Notes: generated from the letters alone by a model not told the origin. Positions 39,277 through 53,358 are shown, counted from the whole stretch's first letter. The stretch: 62,900 nucleotides of DNA, filler included, from Sphacelaria rigidula (GCA_964200075.2; 8 parts of 8 records of this genome joined end to end with filler, not necessarily neighbours in it), one strand, 5' to 3'. Made by a program: numbers and translations.

Positions 39277-42200
39277 NNNNNNNNNNNNNNNNNNNNNNNN
39301 NNNNNNNNNNNNNNNNNNNNTTAATTAATTAANNNNNNNNNNNNNNNNNNNNNNNNNNNNNNNNNNNNNNNNNNNNTTTGGCATCCTTCCAACTTGTCAG
39401 TTTCATCATGCCCTTATGTAAAACAAAGCACCGGAATATCCGACAATTACCCGTGACCATAGTACCCCTGTTTGACCGTCACATTCAGGGTACAATCAAC
39501 CATAATACACCTGCGGGAAAATTGGTGCGGGTAAAATCGATTAAGTTTAATCTGCGGCGGGCATTACCTGAGCTGCTGAACTGCTGATGTGTTCCGGTCA
39601 GTACAGCGTTGATTTGCAAACACGGTGTTGATTATCTTCACATAGTTGAAAAAGTAATGCCATGACTGTGCAGCCGTTGTTTCTTACTTTAATTCCGTTC
39701 TTCAAATGAAAGACCCCTCATTCCCGATTATGTGCCGTCAGACATATTCGAGCGTCCCGAAGGCTCCCGACGAATGGTGAGCACCTGGCTTTCCTAAATG
39801 CCGTAAAGAGCTGCAAGAGCCGCTGGTGTCGGCCAGGCGATTCCTGATGGCGTTGTTTTTCATGTAGTATTCGCGGCAGATGGACTCGAAGCGTGATTTC
39901 CGGATAGAGCTACGCCACTGTAGGGGAGCACCTTTATGACCCATACGTTTCATATCGGGAGTTCTGGCCAGGATATGCCCGTTTCGAAGGTAATATCAGG
40001 ATATCCCTAGCCCATTGAATTATAGATTGCTCTGCTTTGCATCGCGCTTCCAATCTTCTTGTTCTTTGATATGATAGGGAAGGAGCATAATCGGCCCGTA
40101 ACCATCGTTCAACCTATCGCACGGTGCAAACGACCTCGTAGCGGTCGAGAAATACGCCCGCTGTACAGTACCAAAATATACCGCCAACCGACTGGAGTTG
40201 GACATAAGCTATGTCCAAGTCGCGAGTTGGACATGGCTTATGTCCACCTCCAGGGACTGGAAAACCTGTCCGCGCTCGTCCCATGTGCCTTGTATCGACA
40301 CCACAGCAGCAGCAATACACTCACTCATTCCGTAGCCACCGTTCAAGCAATCGTGGGGTGCAAACGGCCTGGTAGCACAGGAGAAACGCGCCTGCTACAC
40401 ACAGGGCCAAAACGTACATCTATCTGCACCGGACTGGACTTGGACATGCTTTTGTTAAAAACGCTACTTAGGCAACTTGGACATAAGCTATGTTGGCTGG
40501 AGGCATGTGAGCACGTAATCATGTGCTTGCTATTGATGGCGGTCGCGTTGCAGACAAGAACGCCAATAGGTGATTGCCGCTAGTACGTTTTACCACAATT
40601 GTTCCGCGATGTACTGAGGGTTTAGCCAGGGTGATTAGCATGTATCCATTGTACAGACAGTGTTCAATATACAAGAAATGTGCTGCGATTAGCACGTCTC
40701 ATGTACCTTGCATCGACACTCAACGAGGAGAAGAAGCAATAACAGCAGTATCAGCAGCATCGTTCCTGCCAGTAGATGTACGCGGCTTGGGGTGGGTCTG
40801 AATCAGCCGGTGCCGATACTGCTGCTGCTGCTGCTGCTGCCACTTTTCCTCATGGGAGAGACGGTCCGCGTTTCGATCGTGCTGCAACGCCCACGCAGCT
40901 TGCGCGTGATAGCCACCGTGCTGGACAGCGCTGGTCCGCACTACCCGCTGATGAGTTTACGCTCCCCCACTACGCTAAAAGCTGGGAGATGTAGTTGTGG
41001 ACATCTCTCTCTGCGAGCTATGCACGTTTGGTGTGTCTCTATTGCAGCCAAGGTGTACGCAGGATATAAACCTCCTCGATCGCCACGCGCTATATTTCTA
41101 CGTCACATTTTGTAAAGTTGTCCGTGTTGCAGCTACAGCGTGCGTGTGCCCCAGGTGGCGCACGCAGGAGTCAAAGGCCGCCTCCGCCGCTGCAATGGCT
41201 GCCTGTATCTTGGGCGAAGCTGTATGGTAACACAGCCGCGGCTGGTACACCCACATATACCGAAAGGTGGAGACCGGCGTCCAGAAATTATGGGACGGCA
41301 ACACACACAGCACACTCGACGTTGCGCAGTACACTTTTCACATCGTCTTCGTACTGTCTGTAGAATTGTTTTGTCCACGGTTGGGTACATTTTCCATATA
41401 TAATCCAGGGGCAACATCTGGGCGAATTGAAGGTGAGACAATCGCCGAAATATTCACCTGCAAGCTCTGCTCCAGTGCACTGTAAGTTGATATCGCTAGA
41501 AGGACACTACCATAACCACCTTGCCGGCTGCCAGACTATCACAGACTGTCAGGACGTAGGATCCGCTAGCATTGCTACTGTCAGGTACGTTTTGGGGCAT
41601 GATACTCGATGTAGATCATCCTTGTACATGGGCACCAAACGCTGGGGGTTCATACTCAAGACTTCGGTTCGGAGGATAATACTAGGTGGGCAGCGGCAAC
41701 TGCTGTTTGTCCTGGTCCCCCTTGGAGCAGGATGCGTTTGGTGTCCGTTTGACGAAGTTATCCCAAAAAACGAAATCGATGGGGATTTCAGAGTGGAAAA
41801 ATCTAGCAAGAATCTGATGGCAAGAATCCGATCGCAAGAATCAGGTCGCAAGAATCCTGAGGCAAAAACGGAGTCGCAACAAACCAGTTAGTGAAATATT
41901 TACCCACAGCAGAAACCAACTTCACTTCGTGAAATCGGGCATTTTGTGTTAATTATCATTTACTATTATTATTTATCATTATTTGTTTTTATCACGGCCT
42001 TCGAAATCAAAAACGACCTAGCCTTTTTTCCAAGCAATCGTGAAATCTCGAAATGTTCAACGTGCCGTCTTGCTTTCTTGCTGGAAGGTACGTTCCACGG
42101 GCGTGTCTGCACCCGCCAGGAACCGCCTCAATAAGGACGCGAAAGATGCGCATAAGTCGCGCATATTTCACCAAAAACGCATTAATCGGCGCATAATGCT

Positions 42201-43849
42201 CACTTTTGAACATGAAAAAAATGGGAAAGCGCGCATAAAAAGAAAAATGCACATGAAAAGTAAAGCCCTAGCGCAGATCTGAGTTCGTGCCGCCTCTTGG
42301 ATAGCCTGTACAGCACCCAGCCACAAGTGTACAAACAGCGTGGTGTCTTTTACAACAGCAGTGCAACAACAGTATGATATGGGGGTATTCCGTTACTCGA
42401 TAACAAGCAGCTGATGCATACTGTATACAGTCCGTGCCGTTGGAGCATCCATACAATCAAGCATGCGTGTACTATACACGACCGTATACCCGCAAGTAGG
42501 GACACTTGGAAAATCACACCATCATTGTACTACAAGTACCGTGGTCTGCTGTCTGCTGTGCGGACACACCATGTACAGCGGACGACAGAGAGACAACTGT
42601 GTACAGACAGCGTGGTGTCTTGTACAACAGCAGTGCAACAAGAGTATGATATGGCAGTACTTTCTATTCTCGACGGCAAGCAGCTGCTGCATACTGTATA
42701 CAGACTGTGTTCAGGTTCTAGAATTTTCCATGACACTGTAGGATTTCCGTGCTGTGTTCAGTGTAATACTCTGTACTGCTATATATAACACCATGTACTG
42801 CTATACATACTGTAGGGCTTCTGTATTTCAACAATAGGGATTGAAGTATGCGGCAGAGGTCACGTTTTGGGCAGGTTCTTGGAAAGTTCTCATTGGTCCT
42901 TGAGAAGTTCTCATTGGTTCTGGAACTATATTCCGAAAAAACGAAACACTTTTCTGGCGCAGAACTCCAATGCCGAAGTTGAAATGGCCTGAGACAACAA
43001 CCTATTTGAAAAATGAAATTCTCGGGGGTTTGCCCAAAATTCAGGGCCCCAGACGGTGTATTTGTGAAAGATCCTTCGCGCTCTCCTATCGTGGCATCAC
43101 TCAATCGCGAAGTCGAACATGCCTTCTTTAGCAGGTTCGTGTGAAGTTTAGCATCTCGGGCAGATTCTGTCTGAGAACGCAGAATTGGTTTTCGCGTGCA
43201 GCAGGAAACGATAACGGCGAAGACGTGGGAGTGCTTACGAACTCATCCTGCCTAAACACAGATACATCAGGTGGCGCGAGGTTCGCCTTGTGGGCCGAGA
43301 TCAGCTTTCGGGAATTGAAGGATCAGGGGGTGACCCATCGGTAATTGACCCCTTGGAACTCACGAAAAAGAGTACAAACTCCAGTTGTATGCGACGTCCC
43401 ATCACAGGGAAAACGTCAATCTGAGTTCGGTGCACAAACTCGTCACTTTGATAAACTTGAAGTTTCGAGTGGTGCACCGTTTCGGTGGGCTGCATCAACA
43501 CTTGCAGAAAAACAACCATATCTTGCCCAAAAAAACGTGAATTGTAAATCGTCACTTTTCCATCAGCGATTCCAAAATCGCAGCCGTTCCAAGACCATCA
43601 TCTCATCGTACATGATCTAGACCTGCGACAGGTTCCTGCTTCTCTGTCACCTGAAAGCGCAACACCGATTTTCGCATATCGCAAAAGACGATCGCTGCTC
43701 AAAAGACTCAAAAGACCTCACAAAATCATCTCGCCTACATATAGATGCATCGAGTGGTGCGAGATTCGCCTCCTGAGCTGAGATGAGCTCGTGAGACTTA
43801 CTCGACCAAGGGGTGACCCAAGTTATTAAGCTACACGTTTTCTATTTTC

Positions 43850-45460
43850 GCTGACAAAGCCTCAATCTCGTATCGGAGCTTCGAAATTCCACCATCTGTT
43901 GACAATTTTGAAGACTCGACACCAAGTGTGGTATGCGACATTGCAACCAAGAGCAATTGATCAAAACAGCACATCGACTTCCTGCGAAAAACGCAGCGTG
44001 CAGGAACAACAGCAAGAAGCAAAATTACACGAACAACAGGACTACAACTGCTCACCGAAAAATAAAAGGAGTTATGGAGCGATGTCTGATATAACGAAAA
44101 CTCCAGTCCCATCACGCAAACACCGAACCTACACACTGCCTTCCTCGGCGCACACAATAAACACGTACCTTCAGGTGGAGAAGGGCAACGCCCCCGAAGG
44201 AGATCGTATATGGTTCAACCTCGACTCATTCCAAGAACCAACAACGGACACCGCTGCACGGCAACGATATCCGCCTTCTCAAACCATCTGCGACGGGGTA
44301 TTTCCCGGAAACACCTTTCCAACGCCGCAACATTTCCCCGTCGTTACCACAGGCGGAGTGGCCTCCGCAGTTTCCGATAAAAACCAAAGGGATGGGGGGG
44401 AAATTGCCGTATATTACCCCGAGAATACATTACGTCAAAACTACAACAGGGGTTCGTCAGATTGGCACTCTCGACCAATTGCCTTCATATATAGTCGACA
44501 TTACAAATGGCATCTCGACCAAACTTTTAGCGACAAAGCAAAAACACACTCGCTATGGCTCACGCTCCAACCCGGTCCTTCACACAGTAGCGGCAACGGC
44601 CTTTTCCCGCGGAGCGCCTGAAGGACACTCCGAGGTCAACAACTCTTTCACCAACTGCAAAAAACTAGACGGTGACGACTGTACTCAGCAGTAGGTGGTG
44701 CCTACAGGTGGGTGTCGAAACGGATTTCACGCAGCGTTTGTGGTTTGTGGCACAGCAGGTTATCCAAATTACAGATGTTACAGTCGTCCAACAAAACGGT
44801 GGTCACCTGCGGAGCCACTTTTGGCAGTGGCCGAAGGAAATCACCTAGAAATTACTCACTCCTGCAGGTAACTATTCAAGTATTTCATCCGAATCAACTT
44901 TTTTCTGGGGTTTATCAAGATATTGTTCTGAGATGTGTGTACAAACGTCATTTCTTTGTACTCAAGAACAACTACTCCATTCCAAGAACGAGGCGGGAAA
45001 CAGTCTTTATGACGAGTACTGATGAGCCCGGCAGTGCCATCAGAGCAGCGAATCTTGCCGTGCGATGATTCATCGCTGCAATATTTATCACCCCCGGGAT
45101 GCCTGCCCTCAAGGCGATCTTTGGCATGCCTTGAGGTCCACAAGGCCTTCCCAGACGACTTGGCTCCTCGTGGCGTCACTTCGATAAGGGTCCATAATCC
45201 ATTTGCAACATCTCAACCATTACGATCGTTGCTCGCCAGCAGCCGCAGGATATAGAGGAACAGGCTGTTCCAAACGCACCCCCATGACGGCAACAAGAGA
45301 CGAGCGCACAGAAGTCAGCACACAAAACATCACAACACTTCGAGTCGACCAACGAGTAGCTGTCAATGTCGAGCCGAACACAGCAACATCAAGGATTCCT
45401 CGAAACACCGAGAGTGCTCTGATTTTCCTCAAATGTTATCCAAACCACAATCATCACGAC
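43850..45460 (+). pseudogene. Possible highly degenerate retroelement gag-like remnant
   Basis: Broken, intronless coding-like frames; FVVCGTAGYPNYRC (~44736) resembles a decayed CX2CX4HX4C knuckle. Confidence 0.25.
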
Positions 45461-45468
45461 ACATGATA

Positions 45469-47090
45469 AGGGCTGTGAGCTGGACAAGTTCATACCTTCG
45501 ATTAAACTGGAACTGGCGTTAAACTGGGACTGGCGACGACTGTGCCTGTTTATCCCGTTTCTCGAGGTTTGCCGGCACGGGCTACCGTCATACCAATTTC
45601 AGTATCGTGAGTTCATAACAAAGAAGCTTACAGCATTATATGCATTTTGATAGTCGCAGAGGGACATGGGGCATCAATTGAGACGGAGGGCGCTTTCAAA
45701 GGCGTCCATGGAAATTGTTTGCGCCAATGACGCGTGAAGCGGCGGTGAACAGCTTCATGCTTCGCCTTTCGTGTTTCAGTCGACTTGTACAGCATAGGTC
45801 TGGCGTTCTGTGGTGATACCATAGCACATGACGAACGGGTTTGCCCAGGGTCAGTCACTAGCTGCCTACTTGAGGTGTTTTCTGCATTTTTTTGTTCCGT
45901 CTGCTTCGTTTGAACCTGGTGGTTTTGCAGGTTTTCCGTATTTTTCGGCCGCAGCGTGTAGGTCGACCGCTGGTCCGTCGAATGAGAAAATGAAGAAAGA
46001 AAAAGGAGTTTTGACTTATACACGGCGGGACGCTTGATGCGGAACTGCCACACGCCACACTCCAGTTGCCAAGTGCTAATGGCATGATCAAGACTGTTGA
46101 ACATGATATGATACAGCACATGATCACTACACGTCAAAGTGATATAGCGAATATATGTCAAGGTTTGCCGTTTCATTGCACGTCTTTCGAAACAAGAACG
46201 ACGAACAGCGGTAGCCCGTGGCGATAAAATACAAGAAACACCATGGCTTGCTGTTCAGCCACATGCGTGTTTGTCGGCCCGGACGTGAACAATTTCGCGC
46301 CCTCATCCCCACGTCCTGCCAGCCTTGCACGGTTAGGACGACTAAACTCGTTAGTCAACTCATATTCATCATTTCAACGAATAAACCATACCATTCGTAC
46401 ATCGTTTGTAATTCATACAGCTTCTCAGCTCGTGCGTCGTGCAGTATAACCCAAAGGTACCCGCTTTCTACCTTCCGTGAATACCGGGGTAAATAATGGG
46501 CACATGGTCAACCCTGCACTGCGAATTTGAATGCATCGATTGTACATACCACGCACTTCTCACCACCATGAGTCGGGAACGTCATGTACAACTTGCTTGA
46601 ACAAGTCGTTGAAGGTGAGCGCCCGTATATTTTTCCCACCTTCAGGCTAATGTGGGACCAACAAGTTGTACAGGTTGAATCTTCACTTCCGATGAGCCCT
46701 GAACCACGCGTGATTTTCTCATAGCTGTAATGCGCGCAAGATGACTGCGCTGCATATGCGTTATCCACCTCGACTCAGCGGACCAACAGGTTATACAGTA
46801 TGACTGTTTTCTCATCATCAGGAGTCGACTCGCGTGAACTCTGATCCATCCTAATCGTGCAGCCTTGGCTTCCTTGTTCTCATGGACTCTCTTCTGCTTC
46901 ATGCTAGAGATTCATGATTCTCGAATCGCTTACCGTTTCGGATGGGATTTTCATGCTATCCAAGCCTCTTAGCACCTCAATGTGAGGGGTCACATTCTTC
47001 ACAGCTATTCGCATTCTTGAAGGGAAAACAAGCCAAATACCGCATTTTTTCTTGCCTCCAGCGGCCCTCCCGCGAGGCTCACTCACGACC
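45469..47090 (+). mobile_element. hAT-like non-autonomous repeat family (other copies 62250-62800(+), ~60054-60850(-))
   Basis: (T)AGGGCTGTGA terminus followed by aactggaactgg subterminal repeats; long co-linear similarity between contigs 6 and 8. Confidence 0.55.
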
Positions 47091-47251
47091 CGGAGGGGGG
47101 GGGGGGGGGGGGGGTGGGGCCCCCCCGCCAGGGGTGGCCGGTTCCCGGGGGNNNNNNNNNNNNNNNNNNNNNNNNNNNNNNNNNNNNNNNNNNNNTTAAT
47201 TAATTAANNNNNNNNNNNNNNNNNNNNNNNNNNNNNNNNNNNNNNNNNNNN

Positions 47252-47639
47252 GAAGGTGCCGCGATCAATGTTGACCCCCGAATTCGGGTGGGACGGGGAT
47301 TGTGTCCTACTCTCCTGCAGTCTCGCGGAAATGGTGACGGACTGCATGTCTCGGGGGGGGAAGGGTGGTGGGGCACACCCCGCTGCACGTCCGCCGGGAA
47401 CTTCACACGGCCCCCTGGTGAAGGACGACCGAGTGACAGACACAGCCGAAGTCCATCTCGACAGCTGGAATAACAACAGTTGTTGCTTCTTTAACTGCAT
47501 GATACTGCTCTTCATCTGCATCGACCAGGCCATCCCCTTGTCACAAGGAAATGAGGTCACGGGCCACGCGCGGCAGTTCTTCGGAGTCATCGCTGATCTG
47601 TCGACGAGCAAAAACAGGCGGCTCACGAGTACACTGAAG
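47252..47639 (+). CDS. USP-like/Ulp1 dual protease gene, exon with the USP-like Cys box (5'-truncated by the contig end)
   Basis: Open frame from the contig edge; DSWNNNSCCFFNCMILLF resembles the C19 Cys box; aag|gtgggt donor, phase 0. Confidence 0.6.
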
Positions 47640-48297
47640 GTGGGTCACGAATGAAGTTTATTCGCTACCGACAAACCGGACGTGGCACGATTACTACCGG
47701 TCGCTCGTGAGACGGAATGCCTCCTGTGGTTCGGTTGCACTTGCCCTCGCCAAACAAAACGCCATCCTTATGGGCGTGAAAATACGCCGGGACACGATGT
47801 TCAATATTTCCCGCCTTTCGCAGATGGCTGTAGCTGACAACAATCGATGCTCCCTGTGCATGTGCGGGCATAGACACGCGATTCGCGGTAAGTGGACGAC
47901 GAGGGGTCCCACGGTTTGTGCCGTACCCAAACGACGTCCACTTTCATGACTGTGGCCACGACTCGCCATTTGAAGTCACATCACAAGAGCGTGGTGTTGG
48001 CGTGCCTTCAAGGCGGACGGTTATCAATAGGTTTGTCGCGTTCCACCGCTCATCCCATGAAGAGAGAAACCCCGTGGTTCAAAGGTCGGGGGATACAACG
48101 CATTCGGGTGAAATACTGAAACAGAACTTAGATCCGCGGGCGAAGCTGAGGTATGTAGGGGCCGACCCGAGAAGGGGTTGTCGTTCAACGTGTTTGGTGC
48201 GTCACACAATCATGTTTGGGTTTAGCGCTGCGAGTAAGCAAATATAAACAAGAAGTGCCCGTCACATCGAACACAAGAGGTTACGGGGATAGTTGTG

Positions 48298-48504
48298 TAA
48301 TACGTGAGGAGATCGCGTGCTTAGAAGATCTCAGCGGAATATGAAAATCCCTATGGCTAGGGTCCGGGTTAGGGTTAGTGTTGGGGTTACAGTCATGGGT
48401 GTGGTCGTCGCAGAGACTGACCCGAGTGGTTTTGAAAAACGTCGATCCTGGGGTGTTGCGAACTGCGACACGGTACTCTGAACACGCGATCCTATCACGC
48501 ATTA
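48298..48504. mobile_element. MITE with internal telomere-like (TTAGGG-variant) repeats; truncated inverted copy at 54868-55026
   Basis: TIR TAAT(A/G)CGTGA..GATCGCGTG; ends read TA..TA; interior gggttagggttagtgttggggtta. Confidence 0.7.
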
Positions 48505-49092
48505 TAGTTTCACCCCCCCTTCCTCCCCCCCTTCCCCCCCCCCTTTCCCCCTCACCCCGCCCGTGCTACGCAAAAGGCGGTCGGGCAAGTGTTGATTTTA
48601 TACTCTTGCCAGGTAAACCTCGCGTAATACTCTTCAACCCCCAGTCTATTGTCATAGCACGAATAGATATTGGAAAACGAAGCAGGCCGTGTTGAGGACA
48701 CGATCCTCCGTTGTTGCTGCCGGGGTTGATGTAGAACAAGTGTTTCGTTTTCGGAAGGTGTTATCGACAGTCACAGGACTACGCAGTGTTTTTTTGCAGG
48801 TCTCGCGCAACGGAAAGGTAGTTATACGACTGTCGTTCTGATGTTGATGAGGATTTCTTCAACTGATAATACGCGATGATATTTCTGCACCTGGTTGTGA
48901 GTAGTAGTAAGACTATCCGAAATTGTTCAGCCCGCCACTAATTCTATTGAGAGTGTAGGAACGATTTACGTTTTGACCCCGGGTCGGATCGCCAGCACCT
49001 ACCGAATTCTAAATGATGGGGTAGGATCACCACGCACCATTTCTCGGAAAGCAGTATTCGTCATAACATCAACCGCATATCGCCCGTTGCAG

Positions 49093-50046
49093 AAACGCCT
49101 GCGGGATGAAAGGACGCGGCTTCTTGACGAGTGGCACTTGATGTCGGGCTCGGCCGGAGGTCGGGATAAGAAAGGGGAGCCCGCGGACGTGCTGCAGGCG
49201 CTGGCGCGAGAGTGTCCGCTCGTGGGACGCGACGTGGAGACGGCGGAGATTGTGCTTAAGACACACCAGACTCTGGGTTTGGTACATGAGCGTTTTATAT
49301 GCGAATGCCCCGTCCACCAATCTGTGGAGATCACACCTGAGGTCCGGGCTCAGGAGACGGACCCATTACCGCTCCGGCTAATTACAGATAAGCACGGAAG
49401 ACCGACCGTACAGGAGGTATTCGACTCCATGGCAGGAGAGGAAGAACTCGGGGGCGCATCGCAGGCAGAAGAGAGAACGTGTTACCTGTGCTGCCACAAT
49501 GAGGATGGCTCGAACGATACTGTACACGGTACAACGAAAAGGATCCCCAGGTCGGGACGACCACAGTTATTCTTTGCGACGACTCAATCCGTGCCACGGA
49601 AAAGCTCAGAAGACACAGGCGTGGCGCCTTCACATCGTCTTGCGGCATTCGGCGACACGTACAGCCTATCCGGCGTCGTGTACATCACGAGCGGAGGACA
49701 CCACTTTGAGACACAGTTTTTTCTTCCCAAGGAGGGGTGGTGGATGATATACAATGATCTTAAAGACAGTGAGGCCATACGCCTACCTTCGTTTGATGGC
49801 GACTACTGCCGGGGCCAGGAACACATGTTCCTTTGCATCAGGAGGGACGTACTAAGCAATATGAACTGCCACAACACCAGCCCCGACAGTGGGGCGGGCA
49901 ACACATTAGGCGACACACCCGCGACGAGGTACAGCTCCACGCTGGCCAGCAGAGACAGACGCAGGGCCCGGAAACGCCCACGTGCAGGACCCACGACGAA
50001 TATCGCCGCGGTCGACACCCACCGGGGAGAAGGGAACATGAACCAG
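49093..50046 (+). CDS. USP-like/Ulp1 dual protease gene, exon with USP fingers (CEC...CYLC) and His box
   Basis: YSLSGVVYITSGGHHFETQF...WWMIYND matches the USP His box YxLxxVxxxxGxGHY...WxxxND; cag| and |gtacgc, phase 0-0. Confidence 0.75.
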
Positions 50047-50178
50047 GTACGCACGAGACGCATCTTTGCACGCCAACTGCTGTCAACCCCACGCACGTGA
50101 TACACCTTGGCGCGGAGTTTGTCGTGACCTCTTCACCCCAACGTATAATCAACCCGTCTGTTGCATGGGTGCATACAG

Positions 50179-50456
50179 GAGAGCAACAAGGTGCACGCCG
50201 CCCACAGATCCAGGAGCAAGAGTGACGATCGGATTTGCAGGTGTGATGATGCACGCACAAGTTGACGATCCAACATTGCGCACGTAATATAGAGATGATC
50301 ATTTCCTCTGGTATGATGGTGCTTGAGAAACGGTAACGGTGTCCCTCCCATGCACTCGACACCTGAGACGCCTCCAGGACGAGCACCCGGAAAGGCGATT
50401 TGGCAGCCGCCATCAATACTGTCATTGGAATAATCACTATGGCCGAAATTCAAAAG
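50179..50456 (+). CDS. Linker exons 50179-50240 and 50378-50456 leading into the Ulp1 domain
   Basis: GT-AG sites with matching phases (0-2, 2-0); ends IITMAEIQK, continuing into SLEEGQW. Confidence 0.5.
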
Positions 50457-51079
50457 GTAATCATGAATCTAAGATGGTCGCCGGGCGCCCGAACGCGTAA
50501 CCAAGGGGCACGCCGTACACCAAAACAATTACGTCGTGAAACGTACGGCTGTTTTCCTCCACCTCCTGTCAGGTTCACCACGTCTTTCAGCAAAGACGGG
50601 CAGATGTCGCAGTTTCGATCAAGGGCGGACGTAGGAATGGAACGCCGCTGAGGGTCACGTTCGGAGAACTGAAGGTACGCGCGTCCTACGTTCCGACAGT
50701 ACCACGACGTGTCGTAAATCGGAGACAGCCCAGACGCATTGCCATGACCTCGAATCCCGACCACAGTTCTCAGTGGTAAGCTTTGCACCCTGCATACATC
50801 CATTGTTTCCGGGGGGGGCGGAAGGGAGGGTGAGGGGGTGGAAGCGTTGGTTCTATGTATAACCCCGGGAAACATTGCTCGCCCACGAGCTCTTGCGTTG
50901 CTCCCCCTCAAAACATGCCCTAACCTTAGAGACCTCAGAGAGCATGATATTGTAAGCAACAACCCCACCGATGACGCGAGGTGTGACGATGTCGAACGAG
51001 GGCGCACAGATCAGCCCACAGGCGATGAAAACATCGCAATGAAATCACTAGTGCGCCTGTCAATGTTGCCCTCGCGCAG

Positions 51080-51157
51080 AGTCTGGAGGAGGGCCAATGG
51101 ATCAAGGGCGACGTGATCAACGCGTACTTCGCTCTCCTGGAGGAGCGCGACACGAAG
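51080..51157 (+). CDS. Ulp1/C48 domain exon (SLEEGQWIKGDVINAYFALLEERDTK)
   Basis: Matches the Ulp1 WLNDEVINxY motif; cag| and |gtgaga. Confidence 0.8.
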
Positions 51158-51607
51158 GTGAGATATAGTCCTCCTACACCTTTTAGAACATCTCGCCCGA
51201 GTGCATATGACACGCGCGCGCTACTATCGCGGAAACAAAAAAAATAACCGCGCAGCTATAACTCCTTGTGGCGTGCTCCGTCGCCGACGGTCCCACCGTA
51301 CGCACAACTGGCGCGCAGTGGCGTTATCAACACCCCGTTCAATGTGTTCACTTCGTCGCGGTAGGCGCTGTGGAACGAAAAGCAGTAACACTCTTCATCC
51401 TGTGCGTGGAAGACGGACACTTCCGGTAGGTTTATGTGTCACGGAGGATGATACGCCTAAGCAACCGATACGCAACATTTTTCCTACAAACTACCGACGT
51501 CGCTGCGGCATCGACAAAGTTCATGCACGTTGGAACGGGCAACGCAGACCTAACGCGAATATCACGCGCCGAAGAGTGTGGTATTCGTTTCCGACCTCAC
51601 ACCACAG

Positions 51608-51860
51608 GACACTTTCTACTATAGCCCCCCCCCCCAAACCAGCCCAAAAGTGTCACGAAAAAAATGGCCATACCACGCCTGATGTTTGGGTTCAGGCTGC
51701 ATGAAGCGCCTCATATCAGAAACATTGGCGAGACCGAGCCCAAGCGTGGGAATTCCCAGCTGCTCGTTGTGCTCGGCTCTTCCCACTTCGATTTACCTGG
51801 AGATTTTGCCTCCAAAAACCATGCACTTTTCTGGGGGGGGGGGCTATCGTAGAAAGTGTC
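51608..51860. mobile_element. MITE with 4-bp TSD (ACAG) inside the Ulp1 gene span
   Basis: TIR gacactttctactatagccc / gggctatcgtagaaagtgtc; acag on both sides. Confidence 0.8.
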
Positions 51861-52517
51861 ACAGGCGAGATCACCCCTGCACGACGGTAAAACCACCGTA
51901 CACGGTACATGGGAAGTCCTTCACTTACCGACAGGATATGTTGGAAACGATTCTGAGTTCGATCGTGCCGACTCCAGGTTCACCCGCTTCCAGTCGGGAC
52001 AACGTGCAGGTCTGGTATTCTCACCCGCCATTCCTCGCACCATGTCCCCATAACCCGTTCCGGAAATAACGTGTGAACATGGCAGATGTGCGATGTGGAT
52101 ACTAGGAGGATACCGTCATTCTTCATGTCAACCTATCTACTGACGCTGATGGTGGGGGACCCTGTAGGGTCTGTTCCGTACGACTACGGCCGGGTAAAAG
52201 GACTTACGACGGCCCTACGGTGAGCACGGACTCTCGTGTTTTCGGCGGCATTATCAAGCACGCACTGTCGAAGATGCTCTCGGCGTTCATTCGCACGCCG
52301 CGAAGCCTGCGCGGACTTACAGGTCCCGTGAAATTCACGATCGCGCAGCTCTGACAAAACTGCAGGATATCGTCGCGTCTAGGGGAACGGTCGACTGGTC
52401 AACCCGGGGCAACCGAACCCATGACATGCCTGTGATATCAGACGGTTGCGAATGACACTCCCGGTGTGTCCGCGCGTCCATTCATTCCTCTTCGTTTGCG
52501 GTTTTTCTTCCTCTAAG

Positions 52518-52611
52518 GACCCATCTCCCACGAAGGGTCGGGAAGATCTTCATCCCACACAACAAGGACGCCAACCATTGGCGACTACTCGTCGTGGATG
52601 TGCCGGATAAG
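52518..52611 (+). CDS. Ulp1/C48 domain exon with the catalytic His (KIFIPHNKDANHWRLLVVDVPDK)
   Basis: IFIPxxxxxxHWxLxVVD motif; |gtaagg donor. Confidence 0.85.
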
Positions 52612-52902
52612 GTAAGGAAGGGCGACGACGTCACACGTCGAACACTGGTACGTTTTTTCTTTTCAAGTACAGCCCTCACGTGACGTAGGCCTCCTGCATA
52701 TCTCCAGCGATGCGACTGGGTGTGGGGCAGCGCGTTAAAACGCCTAACCACCCTTGCATGCCCTCTGTGTGCGGTACATGTATGGTGGAGTCCCCGACGT
52801 TGATGCCCCTTCAGCGATATTTCTGCTGTCAAACTGAGGCAATCGTTGCACCTGGTAGCTGCGATGTTGAATTCGCAGTCGCTGTTTGTCCCTCGCCCGC
52901 AG

Positions 52903-53058
52903 GCTATCACATGCTACGACAGTATTGTGGATCAGCTGCCGAAGGAACTGATTAAAAAAATATTGATATGGCTCGCGGACGAGTACGCTGAGGCAGATCT
53001 TGCGGCCGATCCCACTACATGGCGAATTGGCACAACCCCCGAGAACGCTCCGCAGCAG
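52903..53058 (+). CDS. Ulp1/C48 domain exon with the catalytic Asp (ITCYDS) and PQQ
   Basis: YDS and PQQ motifs; phase 0-0 GT-AG. Confidence 0.85.
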
Positions 53059-53358
53059 GTACCAAGCGATCCAATCCTTCTTTTCCACGTTCATGCACAG
53101 TACAGCACCGGACGTTATGGCATATTCATTTCCCCCAACCCTACAGCTGCGATATATATACCGCGTTCCGGCGCTCGGCTTCCTTCCCCAAAATTGTGCG
53201 CGAAATGATGACATCCGCGCGGGATCCAGAAGATAACGAATGGTCACAGCAACCTGGAAGGATCTTATTGTCACAGTAGATAGTAGTAAGAACGATCGCT
53301 GCCACCGTTTCTCATACTGACTTAATAACATAAACGCCCTGGATGTTCCGCTCCGCAG

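Noticed and set aside
40059-42790. ORFs of 124-174 aa in contig 6
   Set aside because: They overlap degenerate local duplications (~40095/40330 and ~42325/42598) and decayed sequence; no domain or consistent splice pattern
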